Assembly (NCBI GenBank): GCA_964412195.1
Contig: CAYPNP010000002.1
Span: 361,308 to 425,307, forward strand
Reading direction: 5' to 3'
DNA from: an uncultured Acidobacteriota bacterium
Lineage (GTDB): Bacteria; Acidobacteriota; JAAYUB01
Length of the DNA stretch: 64,000 bases
The notes under the pieces are model-generated. The model was not told the origin of the DNA and did no database searches. It saw nothing but the letters and a program-made list of their open reading frames with translations. Below are positions 59,290 through 64,000 of this stretch, in pieces (position 1 is the first letter of the stretch; every line of letters begins with the position of its first letter). The position numbers were made by a program, and so were the translations under genes.

Positions 59290-60639
59290 GTGCCCCCCCC
59301 GAAACGGATTCCCCCGGCTTACAGCACCCTGGTGGACGCGGTGCGCGCCGCCGGCGTCGTCGGCATGGGCGGAGCGGGCTTCCCGACCCACCTGAAACTC
59401 CGGCCCCGGCTCGAGACCGTGATCATCAACGGGGCGGAGTGCGAGCCGCTGCTGGCCTGCGACCGGCACCTCCTCCAGCGCCACGCCCCGCTGGTCCTGG
59501 ACGGCGCCGCGCGGGTCGCCGCCGCCACGGGCGCCGGGGAAGTCGTCCTGGCGGTGAAGAAAAAGAACCGCGAATTGGCGGAAACCTTCGCCTCCCTCAC
59601 CTCCTCGATTCCGCTCCGGACCGTCCTGATGGACGACGTCTACCCTTCCGGCGACGAGTTCTTCGTGGTGCGGGACGCCTGCGGGAAAGCCCTGCCTCCC
59701 GGCGCCATCCCGGTGGACCATGGCATCCTCGTCGGCAACGCCGCGACCTTCAAGGCGGTCAGCGACGCCTGCGCCGGCGTCCCGTTAACCCGCCGCTTCG
59801 TCAGCGTCTGCGGCGCCGTCCACCGGCCCGTCACGCTGGAGGTCCCCGTCGGCGCCGCTTTTCACGAGCTGATCGCCGCCGCCGGCGGCCTGTCCGTCCC
59901 GGAGGCCGCGCTGTTGGAAGGCGGCGTGCTCATGGGCGAGCTCGCCGTGCCGGACGGCGTGGTGAAGAAGACCACCGCGGCCGTGGTCGCCCTGCCGCCG
60001 GACCACCCGGCGGTGCTGGAACGGACCCGGCCCCTCAGCTACTCCGTCAAGCTCGCCGAACACAGCTGCTGCCAGTGCGTGAAGTGCACCGAGCTGTGCT
60101 CGCGCAACCTGCTCGGCCACGAGATCGAGCCCCACAAGGCCATGCGCCTGGTGGGCTCGGCCCGCGACTACCGCGAGCTGTCCATGCCGTCGCTGTGGCA
60201 GTGCTCCGGCTGCGGGCTCTGCTCGCTGGTCGCCTGCCCGTTCGACCTGGGCGTCCGGCGGTTGATCCTGGAAGCGAGGAAGGGGCTGCCCCGATCCGCG
60301 CCGCCATCGGAGGTCCCCCGGGAGAGGCCGGACGCGGGCCTGTTTCTGGTGCCCACCCGACGGCTGATCCGGCGGCTCCGGCTGGACACCTACGACCGGC
60401 CCCAGCCGTTCGGCGGGCCGCTCCCCGCGCCTGCCCTTCTCCGGATCCCCTGCAAGCAGCACGTCGGCGCTCCCGCCGTGCCGGTGGTGGCCGAGGGACA
60501 GGCGGTGCGGGCCGGCGACCTGCTGGCCGCGGCGCCCGACGGGGCCGTCGGCGCCCACGTCCATGCCCCCGCCGCCGGACGCGTGGCCTCGGTCGGCGCC
60601 GAGATCGTGATCGAGACCGGTGAATCGGTGAGTCGGTGA
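59290..60639 (+). CDS. RnfC/PduS-like flavo-iron-sulfur protein (BMC-associated electron-transfer subunit); GTG start, uncertain
   Basis: GMGGAGFPTHLKL (RnfC/complex I 51 kDa-type nucleotide-binding/SLBB region), two ferredoxin motifs (CCQCVKCTELCSRN and CSGCGLCSLVACP), and a C-terminal RnfC_N-like barrel domain (RIPCKQHVGAPAVPVVAEGQAVRAGDLLA). Confidence 0.75.
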   Translation: MPPPKRIPPAYSTLVDAVRAAGVVGMGGAGFPTHLKLRPRLETVIINGAECEPLLACDRHLLQRHAPLVLDGAARVAAATGAGEVVLAVKKKNRELAETFASLTSSIPLRTVLMDDVYPSGDEFFVVRDACGKALPPGAIPVDHGILVGNAATFKAVSDACAGVPLTRRFVSVCGAVHRPVTLEVPVGAAFHELIAAAGGLSVPEAALLEGGVLMGELAVPDGVVKKTTAAVVALPPDHPAVLERTRPLSYSVKLAEHSCCQCVKCTELCSRNLLGHEIEPHKAMRLVGSARDYRELSMPSLWQCSGCGLCSLVACPFDLGVRRLILEARKGLPRSAPPSEVPRERPDAGLFLVPTRRLIRRLRLDTYDRPQPFGGPLPAPALLRIPCKQHVGAPAVPVVAEGQAVRAGDLLAAAPDGAVGAHVHAPAAGRVASVGAEIVIETGESVSR

Positions 60640-60651
60640 ATCGGCAGCAAC

Positions 60652-60779
<128 letters not shown>

Positions 60780-60818
60780 CTCTGTCCGTGATAGCATGGT
60801 TTCACAAGGAGCATCGTC

Positions 60819-61370
60819 ATGATTTCCCCCGCCATCGGCGCCCTCGAGTTCAACAGCATCGCCCGCGGCATCGAGGCTGCCGACGCCATGGTCAAGGCTG
60901 CCCAGGTGGAGCTGTTCGCCTCCAAAACCATCTGCCCCGGGAAGTACCTCTCGCTGTTGCACGGAGAGGTCTCCAGCGTGGCCGCCGCCATCGAGGCCGG
61001 CAAGGCGGTCGCCCGGGTGGCCCTCGTGGACGAGTTCGTCATCCCCAACGTCCACCCCCAGGTCTTCCCCGCCCTCACCGGCACCGCGACGCTCCATGAG
61101 ATGCTGGCTATCGGGGTGCTGGAAAGCTATTCCGCGCTGACCGGCATCCTGGCGGGCGACGCCGCCGCCAAGGCCGCCGCGGTGGACTTGATCGAGATCC
61201 GCCTGGCCAACGGGATCGGCGGCAAGGCGGTCCTGACCCTCACCGGCAACGTCGCCGACGTGGAGGCGGCCATCCGCGCCGGCGAGGCGGCCATCGCCCA
61301 CACCGGCCTGTTCGTCGCCGCCGTGGTCATCCCCGGCCCCCACGCCGACATCAAGAAGTTCCTGATCTGA
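60819..61370 (+). CDS. tandem-domain BMC-T shell protein, PduT-like (predicted 4Fe-4S-binding pore cysteine)
   Basis: Two BMC domains in 183 aa. N-terminus [43 protein letters not shown] closely parallels PduT, including the Cys in KTICPGK that ligates the Fe-S cluster in PduT. Confidence 0.8.
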   Translation: MISPAIGALEFNSIARGIEAADAMVKAAQVELFASKTICPGKYLSLLHGEVSSVAAAIEAGKAVARVALVDEFVIPNVHPQVFPALTGTATLHEMLAIGVLESYSALTGILAGDAAAKAAAVDLIEIRLANGIGGKAVLTLTGNVADVEAAIRAGEAAIAHTGLFVAAVVIPGPHADIKKFLI

Positions 61371-61627
61371 CGTCCTCTTCCCGGATTTTCAGCCGGACCC
61401 AAGCCGGTTCCCCTGCCGGCTGATTGTCAATGCATCTTGGGAAAATACACACAATTCAAACACAATTACCAGAAAGGTATAAATTTTTTATCTCATTCTA
61501 TTTCAGTGGGTTATCATAATAATCCGTTGACATCCCGGAGGTTCCATGCTTAATTGAATGTATGCGTGGAAATTTATCTTTTGCCAGACGAATCCGAACA
61601 TCGGCACGCCATGCCAGGGAGGCTGGA

Positions 61628-64000
61628 ATGTTCCATAACCGAAGAAATTCCAACATGTTGCGCGGGCTCTTGCTCCTGTCGCTGCTGATTGTCGGCAGCG
61701 GATTCTGGTCGTCGTCGGCCCTCGGGGCGGACAGGCCTTCGCGAGTCCCCCCCGCCGTCGTCGATCCTGACACCGGCGAGCGGATCGTCGTCATCGATCC
61801 GAACTGGCAATCCCTCGAGCCTTTCGCGGGCCGCTTCGCCGCCAAGAACTCGAAAGTAGAAGGCAGCCATTACATCGCCCTCGCCGCCATCTTCATGGAC
61901 ACGGACAAGCTGGTCACTACCGACCGCAAGGGCCGGCGCTCCTTCCTCGAGCCGGACCTCTCGAGCTTCCCCTCGGAAACGATCGGCCGGCCCTTCCAGA
62001 CCGGTTCGATGGATTACTTCCTCATCCAGGCCCGCTCGCCGGAGGACCAGATCCGGGTCCGCGGCTGGCTCGAGGAGAACGGCATCGTCATCCTCGACTA
62101 CATCCCCGACCTGGCATACCTGGTCCGGACGGACAAGACCGGCCTCTACGCACTGCAGCAGTTGAAGGAAGTTTACTGGACCGGCTACTTCCAGCCGGCC
62201 TTCCGCCTGGCTCCCAAGCTAGATTACGTCATCGAGGCGGATTTCGCCCACCCGCTCATGCTGACCGCGCATTTTGACCTCGTTGATTACGCGGATCTCA
62301 ACGACATCCTGGATGTGCTGCAGCCGCTGAACCTCCAGGTCACCGACTTCGCCCGGACGGACGCCTACTGGCTCATCCGACTGGAAGGACCGGCCGTGGA
62401 GGCCCGCCGCTTGATCACGATCCCAGGTTGCCTCTGGGTGGAACGCTTCGTGGAACGCGAGCTACACAACAATGTCGCCCGCACCTCAGCCAACACCACC
62501 ACCGGCCGCGGCGCCACCGCCGGCCCCATCATGGACGTGGAGGACGTGTGGGCCCGTGGCATCCGCGGCGAGGGCCAGATCGCCTCGGCCGCCGACACCG
62601 GCCTGTCCACCGGTAATATCACCACCCCCAACAGCATGCATTATGATTTCGGTCAAGTTGGCTCGGCTACCAATCCGATGCGCGTCCTCAAGGGCTACGC
62701 CCTCGGGCGAGCGACTTGGGACGACGACCAGACCACCGGCGGCGGCCACGGGACGCACACATCGGGGTCCATTGTGGGTAATGGAATTCGCTCTGGTTCG
62801 ACACCCAGCACGAACACGTTCCCTTCCACCTGCTATGCTGGCACGGCACCGAAGGCTCAATTTATTATTCAATCACTAATGGATTCTGATGGAAACCTGG
62901 GAGGATTACCCGCTGATTTAACGCAACTCTTTCTCCCTCCTTATAACGATGGCGCGCGTGTGCATTCCAACTCATGGGGGGCTCCAGTCGGCGGAGCCTA
63001 CAATACAGATTCACAGAATGTCGACAAATTCTGTTGGAATTACCAAGATATGTTAATCACTTTTTCTGCGGGAAATAGTGGAACAGACTCATCCACTTCA
63101 GATGGATTGATTGATAGCGATTCTATGGGAGCTCCTGGGACTGCTAAGAATTGTGTAACTGTGGGCGCATCTGAGAATTATCGGACAGATTTTGAATATG
63201 GTTACTATACAAATCGGGTCCGTTGTCAATCTTCTCCAACTTGGGGTTGGTTCAATTCATCTAATTTCCCCAATAATCCTATCAATTCAGATTTGATGGC
63301 AAATAATGCAAATGGGATGGGTGCATTTTCTTCCCGCGGTCCCACTAGCGATGGCCGGTTCAAGCCAGATGTAACTGCGCCTGGAATAGCCATATTTTCG
63401 ACACGGACTGATTTGCATCAAGCATTCGAAGAATGGGGATATTGCAATCTCAGTACCACGCTACGGCAGTATTACATCGCCATGGGTGGAACATCTATGG
63501 CGAATCCTCTCACAGCTGGAGCTTGTGTTCTGATTCGCCAATACTATACCCAAGGTTGGCATGCAAATGGTAGTAATATCACTCATACATCTCCAGTGAT
63601 CGCTGATGGTTTTTCACCATCTTCTGCCCTTGTGAAGGCCACACTGATCAATGGAGCTTGGGACATGAGTCCGGGGCAGTATGGAACTGGCACTACCCGG
63701 GAAATCCCCCCCAGTTGGGACACCGGACACGACCTGCCCAACAATGCGGAAGGTTATGGTCGGGTAGACTTGGAACACTCCCTCTTTCCAGGCTCAGGGT
63801 ACGGAGATATGACAGGGCGGTTGCTCGAGGTCCACGATGTTACGCCCGGTCTGCAAACAGCCGAAAGCAAATCGTATGCGTTCACCGTCGGCTCGAACGC
63901 CAACCCCTTGATCGTCACGTTGGTGTGGACGGACCCGTATGGCGCGACGTACGTGGGCACCGAGCTGGTCAATGATCTGGATCTGTTGGTCACGGCACCG
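61628..64000 (+). CDS. secreted subtilisin-like serine protease (peptidase S8), 3' end outside the window; not in the ORF track because no stop is reached
   Basis: Manual translation shows an uninterrupted 791-codon frame. It has a signal peptide (MLRGLLLLSLLIVGSGFWSSSALG) and S8 catalytic-triad contexts: Asp (SAADTGL), His (GGGHGTHTSGS) and Ser (GGTSMANP). GGGAGG RBS 6 nt upstream. Confidence 0.75.
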   Translation, partial: MFHNRRNSNMLRGLLLLSLLIVGSGFWSSSALGADRPSRVPPAVVDPDTGERIVVIDPNWQSLEPFAGRFAAKNSKVEGSHYIALAAIFMDTDKLVTTDRKGRRSFLEPDLSSFPSETIGRPFQTGSMDYFLIQARSPEDQIRVRGWLEENGIVILDYIPDLAYLVRTDKTGLYALQQLKEVYWTGYFQPAFRLAPKLDYVIEADFAHPLMLTAHFDLVDYADLNDILDVLQPLNLQVTDFARTDAYWLIRLEGPAVEARRLITIPGCLWVERFVERELHNNVARTSANTTTGRGATAGPIMDVEDVWARGIRGEGQIASAADTGLSTGNITTPNSMHYDFGQVGSATNPMRVLKGYALGRATWDDDQTTGGGHGTHTSGSIVGNGIRSGSTPSTNTFPSTCYAGTAPKAQFIIQSLMDSDGNLGGLPADLTQLFLPPYNDGARVHSNSWGAPVGGAYNTDSQNVDKFCWNYQDMLITFSAGNSGTDSSTSDGLIDSDSMGAPGTAKNCVTVGASENYRTDFEYGYYTNRVRCQSSPTWGWFNSSNFPNNPINSDLMANNANGMGAFSSRGPTSDGRFKPDVTAPGIAIFSTRTDLHQAFEEWGYCNLSTTLRQYYIAMGGTSMANPLTAGACVLIRQYYTQGWHANGSNITHTSPVIADGFSPSSALVKATLINGAWDMSPGQYGTGTTREIPPSWDTGHDLPNNAEGYGRVDLEHSLFPGSGYGDMTGRLLEVHDVTPGLQTAESKSYAFTVGSNANPLIVTLVWTDPYGATYVGTELVNDLDLLVTAP

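Overview
This is a 64 kb window at roughly 65-68% GC. It is densely coded, almost all on the + strand, and looks like the chromosome of a diderm (Gram-negative-type) bacterium: LspA, LolA-like, ExbB/ExbD and a TonB-dependent receptor are present. Content in order: a cell-envelope/polysaccharide locus (FGE-sulfatase-domain lipoprotein, CpsB-type PHP phosphatase, TPR membrane protein, O-antigen-ligase-like protein); the classic ffs(SRP RNA)-dnaX-ybaB-recR block; a GH127-type glycoside hydrolase; a four-subunit pyruvate:ferredoxin oxidoreductase (porGDAB); a partner-switching pair (RsbW-like kinase plus STAS antagonist) next to a hybrid histidine kinase; lspA and a lolA-like gene; a DnaJ-domain protein, htpX and a radical SAM protein; meaB plus methylmalonyl-CoA epimerase with no mutase; mtnP and a PfkB kinase; a low-GC GT-C-like membrane protein next to a Dpm1-like GT2; glyQS; inositol-3-phosphate synthase; ppdK; moaD/moaE/mogA; tsaC; bactofilin; a rhomboid protease; pyrD/pyrF; an exbB-exbD-exbD-TPR cluster; the rpsP-KH-rimM-trmD-rplS-rnhB ribosomal block; a 1100-aa TPR/Pro-rich protein; thiC; a GT4; a TonB-dependent receptor; a second rhomboid; and a compact bacterial-microcompartment (BMC) shell module (BMC-H, BMC-P, RnfC/PduS-like Fe-S flavoprotein, PduT-like BMC-T). 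The BMC module has no cargo enzyme in view and is followed by a 3'-truncated S8 subtilase gene whose catalytic core is strikingly low in GC. Other points worth a second look: a dispersed ATTGCGGATTG-type repeat family at three loci; a three-unit direct-repeat array upstream of glyQ; an A9 tract inside dnaX; a C8 tract at the start of the RnfC-like gene; and several AT-rich islands. Most long reverse-strand ORFs in the six-frame track are high-GC frame artifacts that overlap the real genes. The track labels GTG/TTG starts as M and omits ORFs that run off the window end.
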